Part shown: positions 1 to 11,199 of the stretch, piece after piece | Numbering within the stretch: the first letter of the stretch is position 1 | Layout of the letters: the number at the start of each line of letters is the position of its first letter | Origin: an uncultured Gammaproteobacteria bacterium | GTDB taxonomy: Bacteria > Patescibacteriota > Microgenomatia > Levybacterales > UBA12049 | Direction of reading: 5' to 3' | DNA: 64,000 nt | Assembly (NCBI GenBank): GCA_964507055.1 | Contig: CAZDOJ010000001.1 | Location: 849,313-913,312, forward strand | Translations under genes and position numbers: made by a program | The notes under the pieces: model-generated | Database searches by the model: none | Seen by the model: the letters and a program-made list of their open reading frames with translations, nothing else | What the model was told of the DNA's origin: nothing

Positions 1-623
1 TAGTCTGCAATATTTTAATCTTTCCATTAACGTACCAGTTCATGATAAACACAAGAATTGCCACCGCAGCTGCAAGAAAAAGTGAAATATAATGCAATTG
101 GATACAAATTCCGAGAAGAATACCAGTAAGGATATAATATTTCCACGACCTTGCGGTTGTAACAGCTTTAAGAAGCGAATACATTGTCAAAAGAGCAAAA
201 AATGGTACGACATTGGGGTTCCATGACGACCGTGAATATTGAATAACAAGTGGTGATACAGCATAGAGTGCAGCTGCAAATAGTCCAGCTTTCTCGTCAA
301 ATAACTTTCTACCCATCAGATAAACAATCCATGTAGTGAGCGTACCGATAATCCCAACCATAATCGCTGGCCCTACTGGATCTAATTGCCAAAGCCATAA
401 GAAAGGAGCCATCATATAGTAGTAAATTGGTCCTGTAAAGAAGTCACCAGCTGATGCACGTGGACCAAGCAGCGTAAGATTTCCTTCAAGTATTCCTTTT
501 ACCACGAGCACATCTCGTCCTTCATCACCCAAAAAGGTCATATAATCGGAGACTCTATAAATCCGCATAAATGCTGCAACAAGAAGAATAACTACTAAAA
601 ATAGAATAGTTTTATATTTCATG
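1..623 (-). CDS. Integral-membrane GT-C glycosyltransferase (PMT_2/ArnT-like, GT39/GT83 type), N-terminal fragment; the gene runs off the window start
   Basis: ATG at 621-623 (rc) with an open frame to position 1. The translation MKYKTILFLVVILLVAAFMRIYRVSDYMTFLGDEGRDVLVV... shows a TM helix followed by a DEGR-type loop, then several more TM helices, as in lipid-carrier-dependent GT-C enzymes. It lies directly downstream of a polyprenol-phosphate sugar synthase gene. Confidence 0.5.
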
Positions 624-630
624 ATTTCTG

Positions 631-1812
631 TTAGACAAGCTCACTATGATGCTTTTGATTATTTTTTAAATAATGTGTTTTCCAAATTACTTTGTTATAG
701 ATAAAGTAGTTTAATGGTATGACAAGAAGTATTATTGTCGGAACCAAAATAACCATAGATGTTGGAACATTGAAACCATACAGATAAATATGTTCGCCTA
801 AATTATGTACAGCTATATAAACTACTAATGTTTGTAAACCGATAGATCCAAGCGAGGCAACATTGAACTTCACAAGTCTCTTAAAAAAGCCACCTTGTTC
901 TGGAATAGATTTAGTGTCACCAAATGTCCAAAGATTATTAAGAATAAAATTAGAAAGAATTGCTGTTTCTCCACCAATCGTTGCAGCTATGAACTGTTCT
1001 ATTCCAAACCGATATAAAATGTATACGGTGAGAAACTGCAAAAAGAATCCTGTGCCACCAATAACGAGAAATTTTATAAATCGCTTTCGTGAATAGATTC
1101 CAAGACGTAAAACAACATAGAATGATTCGAACTGATCTTTCTGACTAATCTTACTTGTCCCCTTTTCACGCTCTAAGAAAACAATTGGAACTTCTTTTAC
1201 CTTTGCTCCAAGTTTTACAACATCATGAAGAATTTGCATTTTATAGGCAAAATTATTCGAGAGAAGATTATCGAGATCAACTTTTTTAAGAATTGATGTT
1301 CTCGAAAGTTTGAAACCAGAGGTCATATCATGGATCGAGAAGTTACCCCAAACAACTCTCGTAAAGAGGTTGCCAAAGACACTCAATACTTTCCGGTCGA
1401 GTCCCCATTCCTTCGGTATGGATCCACCAGGAACATATCGACTACCGATAACATAGTCAGCACCATCGTCCATTGCTTCAATAAGTCGTGGGATGTCATG
1501 AGGATTATGCTGAAAATCTGCATCAAACTCCATGACTGCATCTGCATCCATTTCAACCATGGCATGCTTCATACCACGGACATATGCATAACCTAAACCT
1601 TTTTTGTCTCCAGAAAGAAGTGTTATATTTTTCCACTTTTTTATGAACTGCTTCACTTCATCTGCTGTCCCATCTGGAGATTTATCATCAACGACAAGAA
1701 TTTGCATAGTATGCTTTTTAATTTGCGGAAAAATCTCTTCCTCAAGAAGTGGGATAAGACGGGAAATGTTCACACGCTCATTATACGTGGGTAGGATAAT
1801 AACAATTTTCAT
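631..1812 (-). CDS. Polyprenol-phosphate glycosyltransferase: GT2 (DPM1/GtrB/ArnC-like) catalytic domain fused to a C-terminal GtrA-like 4-TM domain
   Basis: IILPTYNERVNI, VVDDKSPDGT and DADFQHNP motifs are typical of dolichol-P-mannose synthase-like GT2. The C-terminal about 120 aa are hydrophobic and GtrA-like (FIKFLVIGGTGFFLQFL...). Confidence 0.85.
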   Translation of the reverse strand: MKIVIILPTYNERVNISRLIPLLEEEIFPQIKKHTMQILVVDDKSPDGTADEVKQFIKKWKNITLLSGDKKGLGYAYVRGMKHAMVEMDADAVMEFDADFQHNPHDIPRLIEAMDDGADYVIGSRYVPGGSIPKEWGLDRKVLSVFGNLFTRVVWGNFSIHDMTSGFKLSRTSILKKVDLDNLLSNNFAYKMQILHDVVKLGAKVKEVPIVFLEREKGTSKISQKDQFESFYVVLRLGIYSRKRFIKFLVIGGTGFFLQFLTVYILYRFGIEQFIAATIGGETAILSNFILNNLWTFGDTKSIPEQGGFFKRLVKFNVASLGSIGLQTLVVYIAVHNLGEHIYLYGFNVPTSMVILVPTIILLVIPLNYFIYNKVIWKTHYLKNNQKHHSELV

Positions 1813-1956
1813 GCATTTCGAAATGACTGATTTGCCGACTGCTTAATAAGTGTAACATAATTTAACTGCATACTCGTATGATACTAAAATCCATAGATTA
1901 TTGGAAGAGCAAGTGATATTGATAAATCAAGCTATTAGGCAAAATATAGAAGAATT

Positions 1957-2928
<972 letters not shown>

Positions 2929-2944
2929 TTAATATTTCTCTATT

Positions 2945-3892
2945 CTAAACTATATTTCTCCAATAGTCCAGTGTATCTTTCAGCGTTTTTTCAAAAGGAA
3001 TTTCAGCTTCCCAACCTATCGCATCTTTTACTTTTTTTGTGTCTGCAAAAATATCAGGAACATCACTTGGACGCATTTTTGCAGGATCTTGTTCAACTGT
3101 GATCTTTGATTCAGATAAAGCTAAGAGTCCATCAAGAATTTCTTGAGCACTTCTGGATTTTCCCGAACCTGCATTATACACTTCTCCAGGCTCGCCTTTT
3201 TCTAAAAGCATTGGGTATAAGCGAACCATATCTCGAACATCAGTGAAATCACGTTTGGCATCTAAATTTCCGACTCTCATTATTGGTTCTCGTTTTGATT
3301 TTTCTATCTCGGCAATTTGCTTAGCAAAATCTGAAACAACAAATGTGGGAGCTTGTCTTGGACCGACATGATTAAATGGACGGACGCGAACAATAGGAAG
3401 TTTATATGATAACTGATATTGAAATCCGAGGTAATCCTGAGCAATTTTTGAAACTGCATATGGGTTTGCAGGACGATGTGGAGTGTTCTCGCTTACGGGA
3501 AGATCTTCGGGTCGGATAAAACCATAGACTTCCGCTGATGTAACAAGCAGTACTTTTGTCTGCAGCATTTCTTTTTCTTTTAAACTGAGAAAAAGATTAA
3601 GTTGTGAATCGATATTTGCATGAAAGGTATGGATTGGATCTTTTATGCTCTGAGGGACATTTGATTGTGCAGCCAAATGAAAAATCCAGTCAGGTTTTAC
3701 TTCATCGAGTAGTACATCCACGTCTGATTTATTTTGCAAATCAGCTTTAAGAAATTTGAGGCGATCACCTGATCCGGTTGGGGATTCTGATCTATATGTC
3801 CCGTAAATTGTGTAATCACTAGTTGCAAGTAAATGATCAGTTAAGTGACTTCCGACAAAACCTGAGGCTCCAGTAATAAGTACCTTTTTCAT
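2945..3892 (-). CDS. NAD-dependent epimerase/dehydratase; probable GDP-4-dehydro-6-deoxy-D-mannose reductase (Rmd-like)
   Basis: MKKVLITGASGFVGSHL Rossmann motif and 315 aa. It lies immediately 5-prime of gmd in the same operon. The exact substrate is inferred. Confidence 0.6.
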   Translation of the reverse strand: MKKVLITGASGFVGSHLTDHLLATSDYTIYGTYRSESPTGSGDRLKFLKADLQNKSDVDVLLDEVKPDWIFHLAAQSNVPQSIKDPIHTFHANIDSQLNLFLSLKEKEMLQTKVLLVTSAEVYGFIRPEDLPVSENTPHRPANPYAVSKIAQDYLGFQYQLSYKLPIVRVRPFNHVGPRQAPTFVVSDFAKQIAEIEKSKREPIMRVGNLDAKRDFTDVRDMVRLYPMLLEKGEPGEVYNAGSGKSRSAQEILDGLLALSESKITVEQDPAKMRPSDVPDIFADTKKVKDAIGWEAEIPFEKTLKDTLDYWRNIV

Positions 3893-5181
3893 TATCTTCC
3901 TACACCGATGTAATTAAAGCCGAGTTCACGTGCTTCTTCAGGATTATAGAGATTACGAGCGTCAACAATGAGTGGTGAGTTCAGCCATTTTTTAACTTGT
4001 TTAAGCTCCAAATCTTTAAATTCATTCCATTCAGTTAATACAAGCATAGCGTCTGCATCTGTAAGTGCTTCTTTCGCAGACTTAGCAAATGTTATATCAG
4101 AAATAACTTTTGCTGCCGTTTCACGTGCTTCAGGATCATAGGCTGAGATAATTGCTCCGTCATTTTTTAGCAACTCCAAAATATCAATTGCAGGAGCATC
4201 ACGCATATCATCAGTATTTGCTTTAAATGCTAATCCAAGAACTCCAATACGCTTTCCACGAACATCACCTAATGCATGTCTGACCTTCTTCACAATGTCA
4301 CGTTTTGCTTGAGAATTAACTTGTTCTGTTTGATTGAGTAAACCAAAATCATAATCGAAATCTTTTGCAATTGTGATCAAAGCACGAACATCCTTCGGGA
4401 AGCAACTTCCACCGTATCCTGGTCCTGGAGCCAAGAATTTATCCCCGATACGATTATCCATACCAATTCCCTCAAGCACTTTGATACCATCTGCACCGAC
4501 AAGTTCGGATAACTTTGCAATTGCATTTGCATATGAAATTTTCATTGCTAAGAAAGAGTTAGCCGCATATTTGATCAACTCAGCTGTATCAAAATCTGTA
4601 GAAACAACTGGAGCATCTACTGGTTTATGCAAGTCTACTAATAATTTTTTAGCCCGATCACTTTTTGTACCGATAACAACACGATCGGGATGTAACGTAT
4701 CTGAGATTGCACTTCCTTCACGCAAGAATTCTGGAATTGATGCATAATCAAATTCTGCACCCTGAGGCTTATTTTCTTGAATAATTCTACTCACTTTTCT
4801 ATTGGTACCTGATGGTACTGTACTCTTTGTTGCAACGACTGTGTATCCTGACAAATGCTTTGCTATCTTTTCTGCAACACTTAATACAGTTTTCAAATTA
4901 GCATCGCCAGTCTTTGTTGTCGGAGTTCCAACTGCAATAAACACAGCATCTGAATCAGGGATAGCTGGATTATAATCAAGAGTAAAAAGAAGACGTTTTG
5001 CTTTAATATTCTTTTTAACCAGCTCTGTAAGGCCTGGTTCGTAAAACGGAGTAATTCCCTTTTTAAGATCATCAATTTTTTCTTGCGTATGTCCTATGAC
5101 GTAAACTGTATTTCCAAAATCAGCAAAAACAGCTGCTGTTACTAAACCCACGTATCCATGTCCAATGAAAGTTATTGTCAT
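3892..5181 (-). CDS. ugd: UDP-glucose 6-dehydrogenase
   Basis: MTITFIGHGYVGLVTAAVFADFGN... with the GGSCFPKD catalytic Cys motif, 429 aa. Confidence 0.9.
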   Translation of the reverse strand: MTITFIGHGYVGLVTAAVFADFGNTVYVIGHTQEKIDDLKKGITPFYEPGLTELVKKNIKAKRLLFTLDYNPAIPDSDAVFIAVGTPTTKTGDANLKTVLSVAEKIAKHLSGYTVVATKSTVPSGTNRKVSRIIQENKPQGAEFDYASIPEFLREGSAISDTLHPDRVVIGTKSDRAKKLLVDLHKPVDAPVVSTDFDTAELIKYAANSFLAMKISYANAIAKLSELVGADGIKVLEGIGMDNRIGDKFLAPGPGYGGSCFPKDVRALITIAKDFDYDFGLLNQTEQVNSQAKRDIVKKVRHALGDVRGKRIGVLGLAFKANTDDMRDAPAIDILELLKNDGAIISAYDPEARETAAKVISDITFAKSAKEALTDADAMLVLTEWNEFKDLELKQVKKWLNSPLIVDARNLYNPEEARELGFNYIGVGR

Positions 5182-5182
5182 A

Positions 5183-6046
5183 TTATTTCAATTCCAAGAG
5201 GCCTTCTTCGAAGGATTTCATTCTTACCCCAAGTTGATCTATTTTATCATTATTTATTGTTAAGTCAAATGGTCTTGGGGCTTTGCTTGCAAAGTATTCA
5301 GCACGTGTTGTCTTACTAATCAACGATTCATCATAACCAAAATTCTTAGCAATAAGGAGACTTGCATCATATGGAGTTAAACTCTGGCTACCAACAGCAT
5401 GATAAATTCCGGTTGCATTATTTGTTATTAAAGCATCAATAGCTGGAGCAAGATCGTCAATAAATGTTGGAGTAAAGATATGATCAGTAATTGCTTTAAT
5501 TGGTAATCCTTCTGCTAATCTTCCTGCAACTGCTCGAACAAAATCTTTCTTCGCATCAAACGATTTTCGATACGGATAAGCAATTCGCAAAATGATATAG
5601 GGTATTCCTGCTTTTTTAACAACTTCCTCACCTTTTTCCTTGGTCTCAGCATACCAACCGAGTGGTAAAGGTGTATCTTCTTCTGTATATCCACCTTTTG
5701 GTGTATCCTCACCATTAAAGACAAAGTCGGTCGATATATAAATCATTTTTTTATTACCGATCTTACATGCAGTAGCTACATTTTGTGTTCCAGCAACATT
5801 AATCTTATATGCAGGGCCTTCTTCTCCTAATTCTTTATCTTGTTCACAACCATCTACATCTGCTTTTGCTGCAAGATGAATAACTACAGCATGTTCAGTA
5901 TCATTTTTTATAACATCAAGGCTATCAGGATTGGTTATATCAACACCACTTGTCAAACTCAAATCATCAAATGAATATTTGTATTGCAACAATTCAACGA
6001 TTCGTGAACCAACTAAACCTGATCCTCCAATTGTAAATATTTTCAT
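5183..6046 (-). CDS. RmlD-like SDR reductase (dTDP-4-dehydrorhamnose reductase family)
   Basis: MKIFTIGGSGLVGSRIVELL N-terminal Rossmann fold and a YAETK catalytic YxxxK, 287 aa. It sits between ugd and the NUDIX/rfbB genes. Confidence 0.55.
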   Translation of the reverse strand: MKIFTIGGSGLVGSRIVELLQYKYSFDDLSLTSGVDITNPDSLDVIKNDTEHAVVIHLAAKADVDGCEQDKELGEEGPAYKINVAGTQNVATACKIGNKKMIYISTDFVFNGEDTPKGGYTEEDTPLPLGWYAETKEKGEEVVKKAGIPYIILRIAYPYRKSFDAKKDFVRAVAGRLAEGLPIKAITDHIFTPTFIDDLAPAIDALITNNATGIYHAVGSQSLTPYDASLLIAKNFGYDESLISKTTRAEYFASKAPRPFDLTINNDKIDQLGVRMKSFEEGLLELK

Positions 6047-6570
6047 AATTTTCCTTGTTCCAATAACTCCTTATATAATAATATAGTAGCACTATGGCTT
6101 GCTGCAACTATTTTGCCTGAGATAACATTATCAACAGCCTCATCCAATGTCATCTGTATCTGACTAATTTCTTCATCTTCATCCGGATGAGCTTCTCCTT
6201 CAGATAGATCAGTTGCGACAAAAACATAAATCTTGGAATTCATGTTTACTGAAGCTTCCCACTCTGCTATTTGCTTCCAAGATTTTGCAGTGAGACCAGT
6301 TTCCTCCTGCAATTCTCTTTGGGCAGTTGCCATAGGTTCTCCATCTTCTTCCATCGTTCCGGCAACTACTTCCAATAATGTCTTATTAAATGCGTCACGA
6401 TGCTGTGAGATTATATGAAGCTTTCCATCAGGATAGATTGGGAGAATAAACACAGCAGAATTCCTTTCTATAAATTCTTTCGTAAATGTTTTCCCATGCT
6501 TCTCTAAGATAACTTTATTTATGCGGAAATACTTTGCACGGTATGCTTCTTCTTTGGAAATAATCTTCAT
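6043..6570 (-). CDS. NUDIX hydrolase (nucleotide-sugar or ADP-ribose pyrophosphatase type)
   Basis: Nudix box GTMEEDGEPMATAQRELQEETGL. I trimmed the start to ATG 6568-6570 (MKIISKEE...), which overlaps the rfbB stop as ATGA. The track ORF 6043..6633 would overlap rfbB by 67 nt. Confidence 0.75.
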   Translation of the reverse strand: MKIISKEEAYRAKYFRINKVILEKHGKTFTKEFIERNSAVFILPIYPDGKLHIISQHRDAFNKTLLEVVAGTMEEDGEPMATAQRELQEETGLTAKSWKQIAEWEASVNMNSKIYVFVATDLSEGEAHPDEDEEISQIQMTLDEAVDNVISGKIVAASHSATILLYKELLEQGKL

Positions 6571-7580
6571 CTGTCTTCGTATTGTTTTTGATAGTATTCT
6601 GCGTACTCTCCAGATTTGATTCGTTGCCACCATTCAGGATTATCCCGATACCAAGCAACTGTCTTTTCAAGCCACTCATCAAAACTATGCTGCGGAGCCC
6701 AACCTAATTCATTTTTGATCTTTGACCAATCGACATCGTATTTTCGATCATGTCCTGGACGATCTTTCACATATTCAATTGAACTCTCATCTTTTCCCAA
6801 AAGTTTAATAATCTTCCTTGCGATTTCAATGTTGGGAGCGAGTTCTGTCATACCCCCAACTAAATATGTTTCACCAATTTTACCTTTTTGTAAAACCATG
6901 TCAATTGCTCGACAATGATCTTCAACATAGAGCCAATCTCTGACATACAGTCCGTCCCCGTAGATTGGAACCTTTTTCCCTTCGAGCAAATTAGTGATCG
7001 TTAAAGGAATAAATTTTTCGGGGAATTGATATGGTCCAAAATTGTTTGAACAATTTGTAATTGTCACAGGCAAACCAAATGCGATATTGTAAGCTCGGAC
7101 TAAATGATCTGATCCAGCTTTACTTGCAGGATAAACACTTCTTGGTTCGTAATTAGTCTTTTCTGTAAACTTTCTTGTATCTCCAAGTTCTATGTGTCCA
7201 AAAACTTCATCAGTTCCGATATGGTGGAATCGTTTCACTTGATTTTCCAATGCTGCATCTAAAAGAACCTGTGTTCCAACAACATTGGTTAAAACTGTCG
7301 TAAGACGATCCATATTTGCACGATCATTATGGCTTTCAGCTGCGAAGTGAACGACAACATCAATTCCTGGCATGACTGCATTGACTGCATCAGGATCGCT
7401 GATATCACCTTGGACAAATGAGTAATTTTCATTCGCCTCAATCGATGCAAGATTTTCAAGATTTCCTGCGTAGGTTAATTTATCGAAGTTAACGATATGG
7501 TCTTCGGGATGGTTTTTAAGCCAATACAGAATAAAATTAGAGCCAATAAATCCGGCGCCACCGGTTACGAGTATTTTCAT
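6567..7580 (-). CDS. rfbB: dTDP-glucose 4,6-dehydratase
   Basis: MKILVTGGAGFIGSNFILYWLKNHPEDHIVNFDKLTYAGNLENL..., 337 aa, classic RmlB. Confidence 0.9.
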   Translation of the reverse strand: MKILVTGGAGFIGSNFILYWLKNHPEDHIVNFDKLTYAGNLENLASIEANENYSFVQGDISDPDAVNAVMPGIDVVVHFAAESHNDRANMDRLTTVLTNVVGTQVLLDAALENQVKRFHHIGTDEVFGHIELGDTRKFTEKTNYEPRSVYPASKAGSDHLVRAYNIAFGLPVTITNCSNNFGPYQFPEKFIPLTITNLLEGKKVPIYGDGLYVRDWLYVEDHCRAIDMVLQKGKIGETYLVGGMTELAPNIEIARKIIKLLGKDESSIEYVKDRPGHDRKYDVDWSKIKNELGWAPQHSFDEWLEKTVAWYRDNPEWWQRIKSGEYAEYYQKQYEDR

Positions 7581-7593
7581 ATAAAGACAGTGT

Positions 7594-8334
7594 TTACTTG
7601 AGTTCCCCAGCTGCTACTTTTTCTTGAACCAAAATATTGGCACGAAGAAGTTCATCATAAGAAGTGCCAGCATCAATCCACCAGTCAATAAGCTCGAATG
7701 ACATGGTACCTTCTTTTACGTAGAAGTTATTGAGATCAGTAACTTCAAGTTCTCCACGAGCTGATGGCGACAATCCTTTGATAAACTCGAAGACTCGACT
7801 GTCATACATATAGATACCTGTTTGAGCATAATCTGATTTAGGGAACTCTGGCTTTTCTTCGATTGAAAGTACTTTTCCGTTCTCATCTGTTTCGATGACA
7901 CCATATTGCTTTGATTCTGTTGGCATCTTTATACCAAATATTTTTGCACCTTTATCTTGGGATTCCAATGCTTCAACAGATTTCTTTAAGTTATGACCAA
8001 AGATATTATCACCAAGCAATACTGTAACTTTTTCACCTCTCGCGAATTCTTCAGCAAGCATAATTGCATCAGCAATTCCACCTTTTGGATTTTTTTGTAC
8101 TGCATAATAAAGCTTGAGACCAAACTCTTCTCCCGCTCCAAGTAAACTTGCAAAATGACCAGCATGATCAGCAGATGAAGTTAAAAGTACTTCTTTAATC
8201 CCTGCTTTTGCCATAGCTTCAAGGGGATAATAGATCATCGGTTTATTGTAGATCGGAAGGAGATGCTTATTGGTTACGTATGTAAGTGGACGGAGTCTTG
8301 TTGCCAAACCTCCAGCTAATATAACACCTTTCAT
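7594..8334 (-). CDS. rfbA: Glucose-1-phosphate thymidylyltransferase (short form)
   Basis: MKGVILAGGLATRLRPLT... nucleotidyltransferase signature, 246 aa. Confidence 0.9.
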   Translation of the reverse strand: MKGVILAGGLATRLRPLTYVTNKHLLPIYNKPMIYYPLEAMAKAGIKEVLLTSSADHAGHFASLLGAGEEFGLKLYYAVQKNPKGGIADAIMLAEEFARGEKVTVLLGDNIFGHNLKKSVEALESQDKGAKIFGIKMPTESKQYGVIETDENGKVLSIEEKPEFPKSDYAQTGIYMYDSRVFEFIKGLSPSARGELEVTDLNNFYVKEGTMSFELIDWWIDAGTSYDELLRANILVQEKVAAGELK

Positions 8335-8382
8335 AGATTACTTGTCATTATACTACAAGAGTTTCACTTTCACAAAGCGTGA

Positions 8383-9318
8383 TTATTGCTTCACTTTTAG
8401 CTTTGATAGTGCTCTTTTTTGCATAAGATCAATCCCTTTAAAAATCCCCCACTGTACAAATGCAGGATATGTATTATGATAATTTTTTCTGTAAAATGTT
8501 CTCATAGAATCAAATCTCCATCCTTGTGCTCGCTTCTTTCCCTCAACATTTGCTGTCGTAACATTTTGCGAGGCAGCCTTGATACCACTTGAAGCTCCGC
8601 CAATATGCATAATCTTTACTTCTCCTATATAATATACTTTGTATCCAAGTTCGTGGATATCGTAACAAAACTGAAGATCTTCGCCGTAAAAGAAATAATC
8701 TTCATCCCACCAACCGACTTTCTCTCCAACTTCACGCCGTACCATCATGAAAGCTCCTTCAACTGCATCGACTTCATGCGTGGTATTGAGATCTTTCCAA
8801 CCTTGTGTGTATCCGGAAAATAAACGATTCTTTGGGAACTTTCTCTGTAATCCCGAAAAGAATGTGAACGCATTCCATGGGGTTGGAAATCCGCGATGAC
8901 AATTAAAATCAAGATCACCATCTTTATTTATTAGCTTACAAGAAGCTGCACCAGCATCTGGATGTGCATCCATGAAGGAGATTAGATGAGTAAGTGTTTT
9001 GGGGTAAACGATTGTATCGGGATTGAGGAATAGAACATATCGTCCCTTTGCAAAAGGTAGTCCTTTATTATTTCCAGCTGCAAATCCAATATTCCCACCA
9101 TTATCGACCGCATGAAAAGATTTGATCTTTGTGTGCTTTTTGTATTCTTTAAATGCTTGATAAGAATTATCCGGAGATTGGTTATCGGTGACAATAACTT
9201 CAATATTTCCAGAAGCAACATCTTGGGGATAATGCTTTTCAATTGATTTAATAGCATCAAGCGTTATTTCCTTTGTATTATATGAAAGAATAATAATCGA
9301 TAAATCTACACGTGCCAT
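8383..9318 (-). CDS. Glycosyltransferase family 2
   Basis: LSIIILSYNTKEIT...VIVTDNQSPDNS; a DxD-type GT2-A fold. Confidence 0.8.
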   Translation of the reverse strand: MARVDLSIIILSYNTKEITLDAIKSIEKHYPQDVASGNIEVIVTDNQSPDNSYQAFKEYKKHTKIKSFHAVDNGGNIGFAAGNNKGLPFAKGRYVLFLNPDTIVYPKTLTHLISFMDAHPDAGAASCKLINKDGDLDFNCHRGFPTPWNAFTFFSGLQRKFPKNRLFSGYTQGWKDLNTTHEVDAVEGAFMMVRREVGEKVGWWDEDYFFYGEDLQFCYDIHELGYKVYYIGEVKIMHIGGASSGIKAASQNVTTANVEGKKRAQGWRFDSMRTFYRKNYHNTYPAFVQWGIFKGIDLMQKRALSKLKVKQ

Positions 9319-9386
9319 ATCAAAATCATTATATACAGATTGGTATCAAATGAACAGCTTAGTCGCAATTAGTATATAATAGAAGC

Positions 9387-10316
9387 ATGAAACACGTTGC
9401 TGTCGTCACAGTAAACTACAATACAGAACAAGATACGATTGATCTCCTTCACAGCCTTAAAAAAATAAATAAACAAAATATTAAACTCGATATTATTATT
9501 GTCGATAATGGTTCAAAAGATGTTTTTGAACTTCCAAACGATAGTAAGAAAGATCACATTAAACTTATACGATCCGATACCAATACAGGCTTTTCTGGTG
9601 GATACAATATGGGGATAAAAGAAGCATTAGTAAAACAAGCAGAATATGTATTGATCGTCAATAACGATACATTAATGCATCCGGATATGATTGTGCATCT
9701 CTTAGCAGTCCTTGATAGTGAGGCATCTATTGGAGTCACTACACCAAAGATATACTTCGCGAAGGGACATGAATTCCATAAAGATCGGTATAAGAAAGAC
9801 GATCTTGGGAAAGTATTTTGGTTCGCTGGAGGACATACTGATTGGGCAAATGTACAGAGTATCCATAGAGGCGTTGATGAAGTTGATCATGGACAATATG
9901 ATAAAACTGAAGAAATTGGATTTGCAACGGGATGCTGCATGATGTTTAAGAGAGAAGTGCTAGAGAAAGTCGGAATGTTTGATGATGATTTCTTTCTTTA
10001 CTACGAAGATGCTGACCTCAACGAACGAATCAGAAGAGCGGGATATAAGATCTTCTATGTACCAGATGCTGTTTTAACACATGTTAACGCTGCATCTTCA
10101 GGTGGAGCCGGAAACGGAAATGTATTGCAGGATTATTTTATTACGCGAAACAAAATGCTCTTCGGTATGAAATATGCACCGTTCAGAACCAAATTGGCAT
10201 TGATTCGAGAAAGTTTACGATTACTGAGAAATGGACGGGAATTTCAAAAAATTGCTCTTCAAGATTATTATCAAGGAAGATTTAATAAAGGTACATTCTT
10301 TGAAAAGCGTAAATAA
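9387..10316 (+). CDS. Glycosyltransferase family 2 (WbbL/rhamnosyltransferase-like)
   Basis: VAVVTVNYNTEQDT...IIIVDNGSKD...YEDADL motifs. Confidence 0.8.
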   Translation: MKHVAVVTVNYNTEQDTIDLLHSLKKINKQNIKLDIIIVDNGSKDVFELPNDSKKDHIKLIRSDTNTGFSGGYNMGIKEALVKQAEYVLIVNNDTLMHPDMIVHLLAVLDSEASIGVTTPKIYFAKGHEFHKDRYKKDDLGKVFWFAGGHTDWANVQSIHRGVDEVDHGQYDKTEEIGFATGCCMMFKREVLEKVGMFDDDFFLYYEDADLNERIRRAGYKIFYVPDAVLTHVNAASSGGAGNGNVLQDYFITRNKMLFGMKYAPFRTKLALIRESLRLLRNGREFQKIALQDYYQGRFNKGTFFEKRK

Positions 10317-10317
10317 T

Positions 10318-11199
10318 TTAGATAGCTTCTAGAGCTTTTGTATAAGTTTCCACAAGATAAGGTTTATTTGTAACTTTCCCTAAGCGAATCAAACTTTTTG
10401 CTTTAGTAACCATCATCGCTTTGACAATCTTATATTCCGTAGGCGAACGATGTTTCTTATAAAAATACAAAAGGTTTTTATAGATATTAACTATCGCAAA
10501 AGTTTTATTTGTACTTCCATGCTCTTTATGCAAGACCAAGACATCTGGATAGAAGTAAACATCTTTTCCAGCCAGATGTGCTCGATAGCAAATTTCCATA
10601 TCTTCTGTATACATAAAAATCTTCTCATCAAATCCACCTAGTGCATCAAATGCAGTTTTGCGAATCATCATAAGTCCACCTTTTACCCAATCAACTTTCT
10701 CAATTCCGTCAGGACTTTTATCAAGCATTCCATAGCGTTGTCCGCCAGCCAAAAGTAAAGCCGCATAGCCTAATGTATAAAACTTTCCAGTTGATGCTTG
10801 AAGCGTGCCATCAAAATTACGCAATTGTCCACCTAAAATAGCAACCTCTTTATGTTCATCCATGTATTTTGCCATTGCAAAAACTCCATGATCTTTGACA
10901 ATAGTGTCATTGTTCAAAAATAGTATGTATTTTCCCTTCGCTGATTTTGCTCCAAGATTGCATCCTGCTCCAAAACCACTGTTGGAAGGATTAGCGATGA
11001 CATGCATATTTTTGTATGCTTTTTCTTTTATTTCTTTTTTCATTGCATGCACCGAACCATCTTGAGAATCATTATCAACGATGATAAGTTCGATATCATC
11101 GAACTCAAATTCGTGCTTAAATACTTCATACAATGACTGCATACAATCAATTGTTAATTGATGTCTCTTATAATTTAACGTCACAATAGAAAGTGTCAT
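10318..11199 (-). CDS. Glycosyltransferase family 2
   Basis: LSIVTLNYKRHQLT...LIIVDNDSQDGS...YTEDMEI. Confidence 0.8.
   Translation of the reverse strand: MTLSIVTLNYKRHQLTIDCMQSLYEVFKHEFEFDDIELIIVDNDSQDGSVHAMKKEIKEKAYKNMHVIANPSNSGFGAGCNLGAKSAKGKYILFLNNDTIVKDHGVFAMAKYMDEHKEVAILGGQLRNFDGTLQASTGKFYTLGYAALLLAGGQRYGMLDKSPDGIEKVDWVKGGLMMIRKTAFDALGGFDEKIFMYTEDMEICYRAHLAGKDVYFYPDVLVLHKEHGSTNKTFAIVNIYKNLLYFYKKHRSPTEYKIVKAMMVTKAKSLIRLGKVTNKPYLVETYTKALEAI

Noticed and set aside
863-1846. Track ORFs 863..1096(+), 1330..1596(+), 1383..1565(-), 1604..1846(+) inside or antisense to the GT2-GtrA gene
   Set aside because: All are embedded in, or antisense to, a long ORF with a clear family signature. Their translations are low-complexity, and none has its own start context.
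4373-4747. 124-aa plus-strand ORF antisense to ugd. Similar antisense ORFs: 2451..2636, 5515..5724, 6616..6918, 7716..7904, 8605..8823, 8982..9260, 9554..9942
   Set aside because: They lie antisense to, or out of frame within, confidently assigned enzymes. The AT-rich genome generates many such 60-130-aa random frames.
6571-6633. N-terminal extensions of track ORFs that overlap upstream genes: 6043..6633, 11196..12203, 44252..45922, 60003..60590, 62926..63654
   Set aside because: Internal ATG codons give starts that abut the neighbouring genes (ATGA or TAATG couplings, or an SD present) and match family N-termini. The extensions add implausible leader peptides.
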